The notes: generated by a model from the sequence alone, not told the origin. A stretch of DNA of 64,000 nt from Lepidodermella squamata (GCA_047495785.1 JBLDXI010000015.1:1612001-1676000), one strand, 5' to 3'. Numbered from the stretch's first letter, positions 50,642-63,604 are shown. Numbers and translations: made by a program.

Positions 50642-53316
50642 CCATAGCCGTTTGTGCTGCCATGCATGTGTATCGAAAATTTCTATGCAAATTCTGGGAT
50701 CTGATTTTTTTTCTACGAAATGTTTCCGCTCAAAATAAACAAGAGAGGCGCAAAAATGGTTGTGTGCCTGGATTTTTTGTGATATTATAGTGATTGCACC
50801 GAGAGGCCGCCAGCCTAGCAACTGTTACCAAGGAAATCAGGCGGAAGTTGGGCGTGAAACGTCTCATTTCGGAAACAGCGACGCGATAGCTGAAATAAAT
50901 CGATCTAAAGACGTATTAAATGAATTCGTGATAAAAAATCAGGCAAACTGAATTTTTCAAAATTCTCTCATTATTTTGTTATGAATTATTACTGCGAAGC
51001 CAAATTACAGTTCTACAGCGTAATTAAAAAAATTGAATTTTAGAATTAATCGATATCGATTGCTCAAAGCTCTTTGTATTGTTTACTCGAGATTTTAAAC
51101 AAACAGTTCGGGATTAATTAATATCCTTTTGCTATAGACATTGATACGCGTCACACATTACGTGCTGAATTCTTAGTAATGCCTGCGCTCAAATCGCTTG
51201 TCGCGCGACCTGTCTCCTGTATCCGCTATTATTAATATTATTATTATTATTTTAATTAAATGAATTTAGAATAATATTATTATTCAAACAATGTATCATG
51301 TATCACGTTATGTGAGAATACCTGCATATTTGAGGCATATTAGCTTTCGATCGATTTCACGTCTAATTCCTCACACATCAATGCCTCGTTCGAAAATAAC
51401 ATTTTCACTGATATGCCAGGTTATGCGGCAAATTTTAAACTGAAAAATTTCTCCTTGTCATCACCGTTTTTAGCCATTTCGCCAAGGCAACCACGCAAAA
51501 AAGTGACATTGACTAGGTGAGACATCACGCAACATCGCCATTTTCTTTATTTTAATTGATGAAAAAACCCTATATGACCTAATCGAAAATTCAGAGCATC
51601 AGCCTAGAGCGAAACGTAGTCTCCGAATTTCGATTAGACACAAATTCCGCTTTCTTAATTCGCAATAACAAATTTTGATTACAGCAGGAATATTTTTCAA
51701 ATTAATTATTTTTTGAGAATATCTTTAAATGTCCCGCGCACTTCATCATCGGTATATTTCATTTCCGCCCTAATAACATGAGTGGAAAGGCGAAAATTCC
51801 GGTTCATTTATCATGCTCAGAAACCATTTTTGAAATTCACCTTGAAAACTGCAACGAGCCTATTATTTAGTGCGCTAATAATACTATACGTTCCCAGGTA
51901 AAATCATCTATTTATAATTCGCTAAAATAATGTTATGGCTCATGGCTTTGTTCTGATCTCAAGAGACAATAGCTCGCAGCCTAAGAAAACTATAGTTTAC
52001 ATTGTAAAATACGTGATGTCTCAAAAACAATCCCATATTTGCTGCAGCTGAAATTGTGTAAAATTTTTCCAGAAATTATTTACTCGCCTGAAATATCATA
52101 CTGCGTCATTCAAGCGGTATTTTCAATGTGTGCTACTAATAAATGCATGTGCTCCTTTTTTGTATAACAAACACGCGTGCGCGCGCGGGCACCCCTGTTA
52201 CCGCAAAAATTACCGGGTTTATTATTCTATACGTACGCGCAATAAATATAATGTGAAGTGCACGATTCTGTTGTGTGTTCAAGTTTGACTTGTTTTTCGA
52301 CAACATTACATCAAAGCGTACTTGTTGGCCTGTTTCAACGACGTGGAATTTTTTGATCCATTGATTAATTATTATTACGGGAAAAATCCGGGTGTGGATT
52401 TGGTTTGATTTATATGACTATATACTTTTTTAGAATACATGGAATTCGCTATTTTATTTTATTTTATTTTATTTTATTTTATAGGCAATAAATCGCTTCT
52501 GCCATTCATAAGCTACTATTGACTGAGGAAACGTGACTAGATTTTCTTGAAAGTGCTGCTTAGGAATTTATTATTCAAGAGTGTAGTTAAAAAGTCCGCC
52601 TTAAAAATTATATAATTCTCATTTTTTTCTCACACATTTTTTTGCATCGCAGCAATTTTACGCGAGACTGACTTGGCGAGATGCAAAACGTTGGTTCCAC
52701 GCTATTTTTTTCTATTCCAGGAAATTCGTTCTGTTGCCCAACCCGCTAAAGACCAAGTGCCGCTTTGAGTTTTTATAATTTATCCCGGGTTCCGAAAATG
52801 TGTGGGCTCTAATTTGCTAACATCTTAAATAACCGGGTTTCCTATTCACGCAGTGCGTTCCCAAAATGAATAGTAAATTGGTGATATCATGCGCTTAGCA
52901 ACGCCTCCGACTGAAAGAAATTTCTTTTTTTTTTACATCGCATCGTAATTATTGGCACCAATTAACAGCGTCGACATTGGGGAATATTATTGCAGGCGTA
53001 ACCTAATTTTTGTTAGGTCAACGAGCAGCATCATTCATTATTACACGTGCTAGATTTGTCACGCTAATAATAAAAGTGGCAAAACGTTGCTCATAGGCAG
53101 CGAAAGGAAATGAAATAAGTCAGCAAACTTCCGTTATACCTAGAATTTTTGTCAACGCCATTGTTTATAAACAACCTCTTCAAATAAACAGCACAGACTT
53201 TTCCCAATCAGGCTCTCTCTGCGTATTATAAGTGTTATTGTTTTTATTTTCGCCTTTTATTTATAGATTGATTTTGGACGCATGCATTTCTGCAATTATT
53301 ACCACCTGCAAAATTT

Positions 53317-56300
53317 ATGGTCTTACTAAGAATTGATGGCAACGATTACGGCAGGAAACGGTGTTTAATTTTTGCTTGTCTCGTTTTTCTGCTAATCGCC
53401 GGCAATAGCATCTACTCGCTGATTTACGTCGGCGAGCTCTTCTCAACTAACCACCTGCTCAAATTTATACTCAACCAAAACGACTCGACATGGCTTGCTA
53501 GGTCGAAGCTGATCAGCCAGCGGTATTCGGCTGTTTTCGCGGAGTTATCGAAACTTGACCTAGTTCTGGACACATCGCCGCCGATCAAGAGTCAACAGGA
53601 TGAAATTGATCGGTTATGGAATTCCGCGGCGGTTAGGCATGCGCGATTTTCGAAACTACTCACCCCGGCTCGGATATCGGCTTTCACGAATTATAACCGA
53701 TTTTTCGGCATCGACAACGCAAATTTAACGCAGCCTGATTATTACTACTGTGGCGCTGATGGCGACGAGACAAATTTTCGCAACCTTGACGCCGATAAGG
53801 CTAGGCATTATTTTGAAATGTGTGTTTTCAAACGGCAGTCGTTGGCCGGCGAGCAGAGGAGAAAATTGGCGGATTTGTTGGCGAAATGTACGGCAGTGTT
53901 GAGCCGGTTCGATGCAGCTGGCTACTTTTTGTACGGAAATTCGTTGTTGGGGCATTATCGGCACAACCATTCCATGATTCCGTGAGTTATTCTGTTTTCC
54001 TTTCTCGTTTTAAAAAATTTAAAATCAACGAGCATTTCCCGAATCTGGGGTAATTTTCAAGATTTTCTGTTTTAAGAACTTCAACGCTGCTAATACTTTC
54101 CAACTAAAAAAAGAAATTGGCTGAAATGTCCCATAAGTTGCGCAACAGTTTGATATTTTACAATTGTTTTAGGAATTTAAACTAATTTTTAGTTTCCACT
54201 GGGGGAATCTTCCACTATTTCTATTTATCCACGATTTTACCGAGGAAATTAAAAATTCGCCGGAGAGAACCCTGAAAGCCCCGATTGTAACTGTATCGAA
54301 TAAATGTAATAACTGTAATTTTCGGGTTTTACCCGGCTGTACCAAATTTCTCCGGACTTTTTTTAATCCAATTCACAAGAGACATACTTGATTATTACTA
54401 TTCTTTTATGGCATTTTAGAAATTTCTAAGATTTTTCTTGCCATGATGTATGACTTCCCATCTCATTGCAGTTTCTGATCGCTTTTCCGTGTATTTCCTT
54501 TGTTACTTATGGGACACTCTGTAGATAAGTTTTTCACAGAAATACGTGGTTTTTTTTGGAAGAAGTTCATTCATTCATTCATTCATTTGGGAAGAAGTTG
54601 AAATATTCGATAACTTGAAGCACGGAAATTGAGTGACAAAGCGAATTAACACTCGCCAAAATTACACCAAACAGAACCTTGACTTTCGAAACTAAGTTCC
54701 AGTTGAAGTTGACGGAATTTTGTTACACTGCAATTTTTGTAGGAATATATTATTGTCTTGAAATCCAATTTTTACTTATATCTCTGTCACTCGCGAGGCT
54801 CTCGCTCAAGCGAATTTTTGGGTGGACTGGATGAGTGTGACGATGTGCGCGAAATTGTAGCCGATTTACGATGGTCCGGTGCCGCCTAAAGAGTGAAGGC
54901 TAGTTAGGGCGAACGTATCTTTATATCGCTCGCTCACCCCTACTTGTCAAAAACAGTGATTCATCAACCTCGCTAGAAATTCTTGCCCGAAAATGACTCC
55001 TTTTCGAATATTGCTCTTTGGTTGTTGGGCCTCGGTCTTGCGTTTCTTCGGCGGAGGAGCGACTTCTTCATCAGATCCACTTGAGATGGTGATACCTGGT
55101 AGATTCTGTCGAGCCGGCGTTGACGTAGTAACGCCGCCAGGGCCGGGTGAGAGCTCCATTGTGTGAACAAGAGGGTACCAAACCTTCCGTCCCACGTTCC
55201 AGTGACCTTCAACTTCTTTGCTCGGAATAGTAATTATTTGAAATGCGCGGCTCTTTCACCAGTTGTTTTTTCTGTGACCCGCGCGGCTAGAGCTAACTTG
55301 GTTTTCTCAGCTCCTTCTAAGCTAAGTAAGACGTGATCCGGAGGCGCATCAGGTTTTTGAAACTATGAAACTACCCTTTTTATCCCGCAAATAGAGGAGT
55401 AGCCGAAAAATCCCTGCTTCGTAGGGTATAGTCGATGGAAAATCGATATCAAACGCCCAGGGTGATCAGAAATGAGATATTAGTTGCACATGATCATGGA
55501 AAATTGATGATCAATCTATGTAACAAATGATGACCCTTCAGAAATTTTTGGAAAATCGCAAGTGATGTCTAGAGTCTCCATAAATAATAAAAGCTTTTAA
55601 TCGATAGTAAATTTTATTTCATCGATTCAGCTTTAGCCTAAATAACAGTTCTGGGACCGGTATTCCATTTGAAACTTCAAATAGTTGCGCAAGGGTAATG
55701 GAAGGTAAGGTTTAAGTCCTTCGTCGATTGCCGTCATTCGACTCGCGTAACCTATCGGTAAGCTGTTGAGCACAGCCATGCGAGCCATGAATTGCAATCG
55801 CATGGGAAAGACAATGTGAGCAGAAGATCTCGCCAGTTCATTTATTTCCTGGCTCTCATGACTCTCAAACTCCTCGTATGATGAGTCGCGCTTTGTCGAA
55901 AGTAAAAGATCGATAAAGTCGACCTCATAGTCGTAAATCGGAAGACGATTCGCGGCAGTTGCTAGCCTAGCTATTGCGACCAGTTGGTAATACGAGTGAG
56001 ACGTTCTGCAACCTGCTAGGACCATTGACTTGATAAAAGTGACCACTCTTGAGTCGTCTTCGCCCTCGGGAATCGCACTGATTCTACTCGAAACCAAGTC
56101 AAGAGGTGATTCCAAATAACCGGACCTCGCAGCTTCTTCTGATAGACGCGCGAGGCATTCCGTTTTAGGGCTAATGACTAGCCAAGATGCCATATCGAGC
56201 TCGCCAGCATGAACCATCCACGTCAAAGTGTGATCACCCCCATGTTTGACGAGCTGTTCACTGTTTTCGAGGTCTAACAGCTTCATTATGAGATCTTGTT

Positions 56301-59300
56301 TTCCTTCGACGCAGGCGTACGTCAAAATTGTGTAGCAAGTGTCCCTTTCAATTTCCAGCAAATTAGCTCCATTTTTGATCAGCGTCATCAATGCATTGTC
56401 GCTGCAGGATGAGCGAAATGCCCGGCATAAGGAGCCAATAACGCCGAGTTCGATCAGCTCCTCTGCAAAGATTGCGTTATGATCGGCGAATGCTTTGTTC
56501 AAATACGACTCTAGGAATTCGGTCTTCAATAGCCCGGGATCGATTCTCAATATTCTGCTGAGTTTGGAGTAGCTTAAGTTGACATGTCCATACTGCAAGT
56601 TACGTAGAACTCTTCTGATACCACAGCGTCTTACCGGGCGAGGGAACCGAAAGTAGTGATGGCTGAGTTCATGGTCGGTTTCGCATTTTTCGAAAATAGC
56701 TAGAAACCTGCTGGTTTGGCGATGATCTTCATTCTGATCTTCCTTCGCTTCGACAGTCGTAAAATCAAAATCAAAATCCATGTGTAAGCTTAAATATTTG
56801 CGCTATAAGTGATAACATACGAAGAGTGGAGCTGTGGTAGGTATTAGGGCGTGTATATACCTATTTGTTTAATACTGACGCAATACGTAATAAGGCATGG
56901 CATGATTCATCCCGTATGAAAACATCAGTGCGCATGATTCATCATATTGATTACTTGGTGCGTTGGTAAAAAAGGCTTAGGAATATCTAAATTATGCGTT
57001 TGAGAATAGAAAGTAATAGCTGTAAGCTGTGAAGCGAATTTAGAAATTGTAGTTTAATGGTTTAGTTTAATAGAACATCTATTAATTTATGTTCTATGTA
57101 TATGCGAACTCTAAAGGTTGCGCCAGTGTTTAACGGGATTTACAATCAATAAATCATTCATTATTTGACTGAAGAAAAGTAACAGCAAACTCACTGGAGC
57201 TGAACCTTATCTATCAATTCTTTTATAGGTGGGAAGATGGCATTACTCTGGCAGTTTTTTCAATCGATTCTATTTTCGACTACGCTCCCGAGATGTTGGC
57301 GCGGTCTCTCCTCAGTTTCATTAATAAGTCAAACAGCCGTAGGAACTCAACGTTATCGATTTCTTACAACCCTAAACGCTTTACGATTATACTGTTCGAA
57401 GCCGAATCCGCCAAAGCTTCGCTGGATTCTTCATATGGTTCAATAAATGCAAGCAATCATAGCAGTCTAACTGAGAACCCTCAATGGCCATACATCGAGA
57501 TTCAAATTCTCAACGTGACTCGCAATGTGGACGGCTCTATTTCTGGATTTGTCGACCCCAATCGGCCTGATACTTCCATACCGGCTGATTATATTTTGCC
57601 TTTGAAAAGAAGTCATTTCGAGCAAGATGCGGTAAGCATACCGAACGACAGCCTCGGCCTTATCGAGTTGACCTACGGCAATCCCTACGTGTGCTGGTCA
57701 CGTTCGTATGAATATCGTGAAAATCGCGCCCTAGTTCAATTCTCATTGCCATGCCATCAACTGCGACCCTATGTCATTCCCGCTTTTACCAACTTGCCAT
57801 TTTTCCAAGACGAAAAGCCATGCAACCTCTCTGAAATTCTGGTCAATGTTCAGAATCTAACGGCTGGGGATCCGAATCTTTGTGCATTTTCATCCGCTTT
57901 CACGCCACAAGAAAAGGCGAGTTTCGTGACAACCTTGGCAATTTGTTTGGAGATTATTGAGCAGCTAACTGACGCGGCTTATTTCTTGTATGGTGGCACA
58001 CTGATTGGCTACTGGCGGCATAATGGCACGATTATTCCATGGGATGATGACGGTAAGTTGTTCTTTTATGTATTCGATTTCAAACTACGTTATGTGGTTT
58101 TAATCAATGGAAAATACAGACAGGGAAAAAGACTATTAAGACCACATTTTACGAGAAAAAAAAGCTTTTTTCGTTGAGGTCAGATAGTACCGATTACAAT
58201 GCTCCATATTTCATATTTCAACAAGAATAAGTTTTAAAAGGGTGCTAATGCTTAATCACCAGTGTCTGCAGCTTATCAGCCCAGACAGGGTAGAAAATGA
58301 TTGCGAAACTGCTGAATGAGTAAGCGATTTCCAGGCACGCCAGTGTAAGCAACTGATGCATCCACTTGTTGACTACTGCCATTAGAAAGAATCCCCCTCC
58401 AAATATTGTTGCGGCATTTAAGACTGCAATCCTTACGGTGGAGACATCTAGACGAAACATTGCTTGCGTGACAAGTATTTTGGTTTCGAAAAGCCGAGCA
58501 GTAGAGATCACTAGCAATATCAGATTGAATCCAGCGAACCCTGCGGACCATGCTGGTAGGTCTTTGGCGTAGCATCTCTCTGACGTATTCACGAAGTAGG
58601 TGTCAAGTTCGTAATCAAAGGAAATTGCGCTAGTTTCTTTCGCTTTTGTAATCGGATCAGAAACTAAGAGCCAGATTAAGAGAAGGATAGTGCACATGAT
58701 TGTACTGCTACCAACTACCCTTGTCTCATTGATTGCCATGCGCTTTGAGGTTTGCAAATTATTGGAGGGTTTTCTGCCTTTAGTAAAGTGCCGATGAAAT
58801 TTCGACCTGATAGATCCCGTTTCTCTCCGCCGCTGCTCCGTTAAGCTCACTAGTGTTAACGATCTAAAGCATAGTACACTGTTTATAACAGAAAATCCCA
58901 TCACTGGAAGAATTGCTATCCAAGAGCATTCATTTATCGGTCGAATTTGGACAAGTACGGCTATATCGAGGGTGATGCATCCAAATGCTATGAAAAGACC
59001 TCCAGGGAAGTCGAAAAATACAGCGAAATATGGGGTCTTTGATTCGCAAACGAAGATACCGCACGCTTTAACGACGACGCCAATTTTAACAATCACTAGG
59101 ACTGCAGTGATACAAGAGAGGATTATTATGACCTCTGATGGCATCTGTAAGCTGACGATTTCGATTTGGGACAAATCATTCGGCGGTAATCCCGATCCAG
59201 TGGCCCAGAGTGGCGATATGGGAAAATCCCAAAAGGGCTCAATCGCAAAATTTGATAAATTCAAGCTCCCGTGATCCGGATCTTTAATGAAAACGTTAAA

Positions 59301-62000
59301 AATATGAAGGATTGTTCTGTTGACGAGCTGCGATATGGATTGATTTTCGCTGTCAACCTCCAGTCTAGGCGAGAAATTGATGCGACTCGCTCGGACCGTT
59401 GAGATGTTCAATTTAGCTGCAGATTGATGCAAAACTTGGAATACCAACTCAGGTTTACTGCGGTAGTCAGCTAATGATAAGTTATAGTGATTTCTTAGTT
59501 TGTAATCTGTCGTGTTTAGCGTGAAGATAGCAGCCATCATTACATCTTGACAGAAGAGCCTGACGCCATAGTCTGCAACTTCTTTACCGGGCCTACCAAC
59601 AGCTGTACTAAGGCGATCTTCAAATTCGGAAACATTGTATCCTAGACTGCTTTTTCCGCTAAAAACATTTGCATATACTTTTGTTAGTCCGATCCAAAAT
59701 GTTGCTCGCATTTGTGGTTCAATCATGTCGTAGTTCGAGCACTCAGCAGGCAGTCGTGAATTGCTAGTTAGAGCGCAGCTGTAAAGTGCCACGAACAAGT
59801 AATGAGGAGGCGTGGCACCAGTTTTGTCTGGCACCATAAACGGCGGCAGAATGTTAATTGCATGGTCGCGATGAAATAAATTCTCGCATCGCCCGACTTT
59901 ATTTCGTCAAGATAGTCCGTAGTGGTGAAATCAACCGATACAACTGTTGTAACTACCTTTATGCCGCTATCGCTCGCAATTTCAACGAAATATTTTGCAA
60001 GACTATAATCCTCAAGACGCGTCGAAGTTATCACTCCAACTTGTCGCCATTTTCCTATCTCAGTCATGAATTTGATCGCTGCGTAAATGACATTTTCCAT
60101 GGGTATTTGAGGTCGGAAAAGGGCTGCACGGGTGTTCCGTTGAGTTAAAAAATTGATAGCTCCACAACCATAGGAAAAATGTATCGATTTGTAAAATTTG
60201 AACAATAAGGATGAAAACTGGCAATTGACCTGCTGGCCCACAAAAACCGGAGCTAGAAAGGTTTTGCCGTCGGAGTAAGATCGATCAGACTCCATAACGT
60301 TGATTACGCTTGGAATAACGCCAATTCCATCGACTGCTTCGTCCTCAGGCTGGATTTCGAGTTGGTAGTCAGGCAGAATGTCAGGCCTTCGGTTCGCTTC
60401 GTCTACTGCGATGCGATAAGACGCCAGACAAATAGTGCCGTTTGTTTGCTGTATGTAGTTGTTTAGTGAGATGAAGCTAGGTATCCTGAGAACGTTTGCT
60501 CTGTTTGCAAAAAGTGGCTCAATTGTTAGACTAGCGGCGACTATCATTTTAAGAATGTTCATCATCTTGCTGAACTAAGCCGTGTGAGCAACGCGTAAGT
60601 CATCAGTTGTTGTCGACTGTTTCACGCTGGCTAATTTAGTAATCTTCTCGATGCCAACCTTTTTCAAGTGTTAGAAAGCAACGTCGGTTGCAACTCTAAT
60701 TAGCATTGACCTCTCCCACACAACTTTGAACAACACATTCGAATCATGACGACGAGGTCGTTCGACCAGTTAGGAATTATCCATCCTGTACTCGCACGTG
60801 AAAGATTGTCTATTTAGACAGCTAATTTGCTAGTTCAAGACAAGTCTAGACACTAGACAAGAGTTCTACCTGCTTTATGACTTGCTGTAAAAGCGCAATA
60901 ATAGCTACTTTAGATTAAACTTTTCTTGTTGAAGTACCTGTGTAAAATTACGGTCAAGCGGCCAGAGTGATTTCAATAGATCGTTCGTATCGTGAATAAA
61001 GTTCCCAAGTGACATTTCTTCGGAAATCGTTAGTCTCCTGAGTCGATGTGCATCGAAATTTCATTGTGAATTAAATACGGGTAGAATTAACGCCGGAATC
61101 TATCTAAAATTGAGTGAATTTATTAAATTAGAGTTGAGAAACCAGATCAATTTAGAATAAACACTTTTTTTCGTATCCTGGAAAAATATGAAAAATTCAC
61201 TTGGCACCTTTATTCGCGATACCAACGAGATATCAACCCGCTAGTCGTAATCACGTCTACCTCATTCGAATAAGATCGCTTGTGACTGCGAAACCCGATA
61301 ACTTCCTATCACCCACTTTGATTTATACCTGGTTCTTACCTATAATTAACACTAATTTTGGTTTTTGCTGCAGCTGATATCGCCTTAATTCCAATGAATC
61401 CATCTCGTGGTCCATCGTATTATGCCAATCAGATGGAGAAGTTGACGAAGCGTTACCCCGGCTACGCGATACACTACGTTGCCGACCAAATGCGCTTCAA
61501 GTTTTTCGGAACTCGAACGCACAACTCACGGGTCATCGGCCAGGGTGACTACTCCTATGCATGGCGGTGGCCTTTTGTTGACGTACAGATCATGAAAAGT
61601 GTGTTCACGACCAAACGCAAAATCAAGGAAATAGCCGATGCAAGTGGCTACGTTTCTTTCAAATACCCTGCCTCTATGGTGTTTCCGCTTCGACGAGTCT
61701 CTTTCGAGTCGATACCTACCTACGTGCCAGCGAATACCAAAGCTGCCGTCGAGCAAAACTACGACATTCGAGTGTGCAAAGCTGCTTATTATAAGTGAGT
61801 TAAAGAAATATGATTGTTCGGTTAAAATGCTGACAATTTTCGAGAAATTCTTCGGAATATAGTCAATGTGTATGGTTTAGGTAACTTTTATTCATTTTTG
61901 CAGCCATCGTTTCGAGGAACGAGTTCCGGTGGAGAAACAAGTGACCAAGCCGTGCAGCGAAATAGCCAGAAAGCTCGGATATGTGATGACCAATATTTAG
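53317..62000 (+). CDS. Tandem two-domain LicD/fukutin-family protein 5 (host of nested genes)
   Basis: Exons 53317-53981, 57229-58052, 61374-61794, 61904-62000 splice in frame at the same positions as the paralogs: MIP|WEDGIT and IIPWDDD|ADIAL. Confidence 0.85.
54121..54523. mobile_element. Tc1/mariner-like MITE remnant
   Basis: Right end acttatgggacactctg+TA; degenerate left match tgtcccataagt. Confidence 0.45.
55633..56781 (-). CDS. Ankyrin repeat and SOCS-box (ASB-like) protein, intronless, nested
   Basis: 382 aa; ankyrin-like LIKNGAN...TILTYACVEGKQDLIMKLL; C-terminal SOCS box PMRLQFMARMAV...LPLPLRNYL. Confidence 0.8.
   Translation of the reverse strand: MDFDFDFTTVEAKEDQNEDHRQTSRFLAIFEKCETDHELSHHYFRFPRPVRRCGIRRVLRNLQYGHVNLSYSKLSRILRIDPGLLKTEFLESYLNKAFADHNAIFAEELIELGVIGSLCRAFRSSCSDNALMTLIKNGANLLEIERDTCYTILTYACVEGKQDLIMKLLDLENSEQLVKHGGDHTLTWMVHAGELDMASWLVISPKTECLARLSEEAARSGYLESPLDLVSSRISAIPEGEDDSRVVTFIKSMVLAGCRTSHSYYQLVAIARLATAANRLPIYDYEVDFIDLLLSTKRDSSYEEFESHESQEINELARSSAHIVFPMRLQFMARMAVLNSLPIGYASRMTAIDEGLKPYLPLPLRNYLKFQMEYRSQNCYLG
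58245..60565 (-). pseudogene. GABA-B-like class C GPCR, intronless, one frameshift, nested
   Basis: Signal peptide; Venus-flytrap motif IAVDEANRRPDILPDYQL; IKSGDARI..CRRLWCQ continues as KTGATPPHYLF in another frame near 59827; C-terminal 7TM; no Cys-rich linker. Confidence 0.8.
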
Positions 62001-62741
62001 GACCACAATTCATCGCTACAGTGATACTCGGTTTAAAGCGAATTGCAGGAGCCGATCTTGGCGAGCAAACAAATCGATGCTATTATTAGTGAATTTAACA
62101 GTCGTGCTATTGAATGCTGCGAAGTTTGAGATTGTTTTCCAGCATGTTCTACATTGAGGCCTTGGGCCTTGACTATTTTTCGCCTTATCGACCGTAAAGG
62201 TGACGATATTTCTTTGGTTGTGGTATGGGTCACTCGCTCCTTTCTGAAACGATGATGATAATCACCTGGTAATGTGTAATGCCTTTGTCCTACCTTGTCA
62301 GTGCCTATTTCGACCAACAGCTGAATTTTTTATTTTCCACGTCGCCTGATGCTTATGCTATGAATGATAAACGTCAAAACCTTGATTTGAAATGACAGAT
62401 GAATTCGGAATGAATAAACAATTCCTATCATTTTTAATTCTTCTCTTCGAATCGACTTTTTTCAAGAGGATAGTCCTGTAAATTAACCGAACCAGATGGC
62501 GAACCAGTGAATCGAATTCGCTAAATTCGGCTCCTGAGACGGGGTGAAGCAAAAGGGCAACATGGAATATTATGGTTTTCTTCAGGAATAATCATATCGC
62601 AGTAAGCGGCGCATGAGGATTGTTGAACGTTTCCCCGAATTTCCTTGACTCAGTCTCTCTCGCTCGCTAGCAGCAAGATTTGGCGGAGAAGCTATCATTC
62701 AAAGTTCGCTTTAGTTCGAAATAACAGTTGATAATAACCAA

Positions 62742-62823
62742 GCTGCTATGCCCGAGTGGTTAAGGGGTCTGACTTGAAATCAGATGCGGTCTCCGCGCGT
62801 AGGTTCAAATCCTACTAGCAGCG
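62742..62823 (+). tRNA. tRNA-Ser(TGA)
   Basis: Intact cloverleaf. Confidence 0.93.
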
Positions 62824-63179
62824 ATAACATTTTGGATTTCAGCTTCAGCTGTGCGATATCAAGTGATACGTGAAAGTAAAAAGCGGCACTTTCTAACGTG
62901 AATCAAAAGGCAAAAAAATACTTTTTACTATCACCTGACACCTCACATCTTCAAACTGACTTGGACTACAGTAGATCCGTGTTATTTAACAATGCTAACG
63001 ATATGTCAACTTGAATGTCAAAACGCAAGAGTTAATCGCCAACCGATTCGCAATTTGTTGCCTGAATTCACGCATTGCCCGGCACCTCTTTGGCCACCCG
63101 TAACGAATGGGCTTGTCGCTCGGCAACACGACTTGCATAGGTTTAGCAACATAGCAGCTGACTCTATTTGTCAAAAAGA

Positions 63180-63253
63180 AGGTTCCGGCGGGGTTCGAAC
63201 CCGCGACCTTCTGCGTGTAAAGCAGACGTGATGAACCACTACACAACGGAACC
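63180..63253 (-). tRNA. tRNA-Val(TAC)
   Basis: Identical to 8839-8912. Confidence 0.93.
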
Positions 63254-63325
63254 TGTTAACACTGAAGATCGAATACAGACCTTTGAAGTTTGAGAATTTG
63301 CCTAATTTGTTACAGTTTCAAAAAT

Positions 63326-63397
63326 TGGAGATGCCGGGGTTTGAACCCGGGACATCTTACATGCAAAGCAAGCGCTCTACCACTGAGCTACATCCCC
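63326..63397 (-). tRNA. tRNA-Ala(TGC)
   Basis: Identical to 8980-9051. Confidence 0.93.
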
Positions 63398-63469
63398 ATA
63401 TGATTTGAAGGAACCTTAACTTTCAAATCAGTGGTCCCAAGGAAAACTGAATTAGAAAAAATGTGGGCG

Positions 63470-63514
63470 AGGTTCTCCGGCAGGGACCAGTGATCTTCTC
63501 CGTGTGAAGGAGAC
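63470..63514 (-). pseudogene. tRNA-Val(CAC) remnant
   Basis: Anticodon arm cttctccgtgtgaaggagac retained; T-arm decayed and 5' half lost. Confidence 0.75.
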
Positions 63515-63604
63515 CTGGATGTTGAAGATTCACAGTACTAACGTCAACCACGGTGAACCTGCACAGTGAATCAACCTGCACTGTTAATCTTAAAAACGCG
63601 AAGC

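Noticed and set aside
1558-62000. Bacterial lic operon or recent horizontal transfer
   Set aside because: The genes have spliceosomal introns, type II anchors and Cys pairs; no licA/B/C-like neighbours; LicD-fold genes are native to animals
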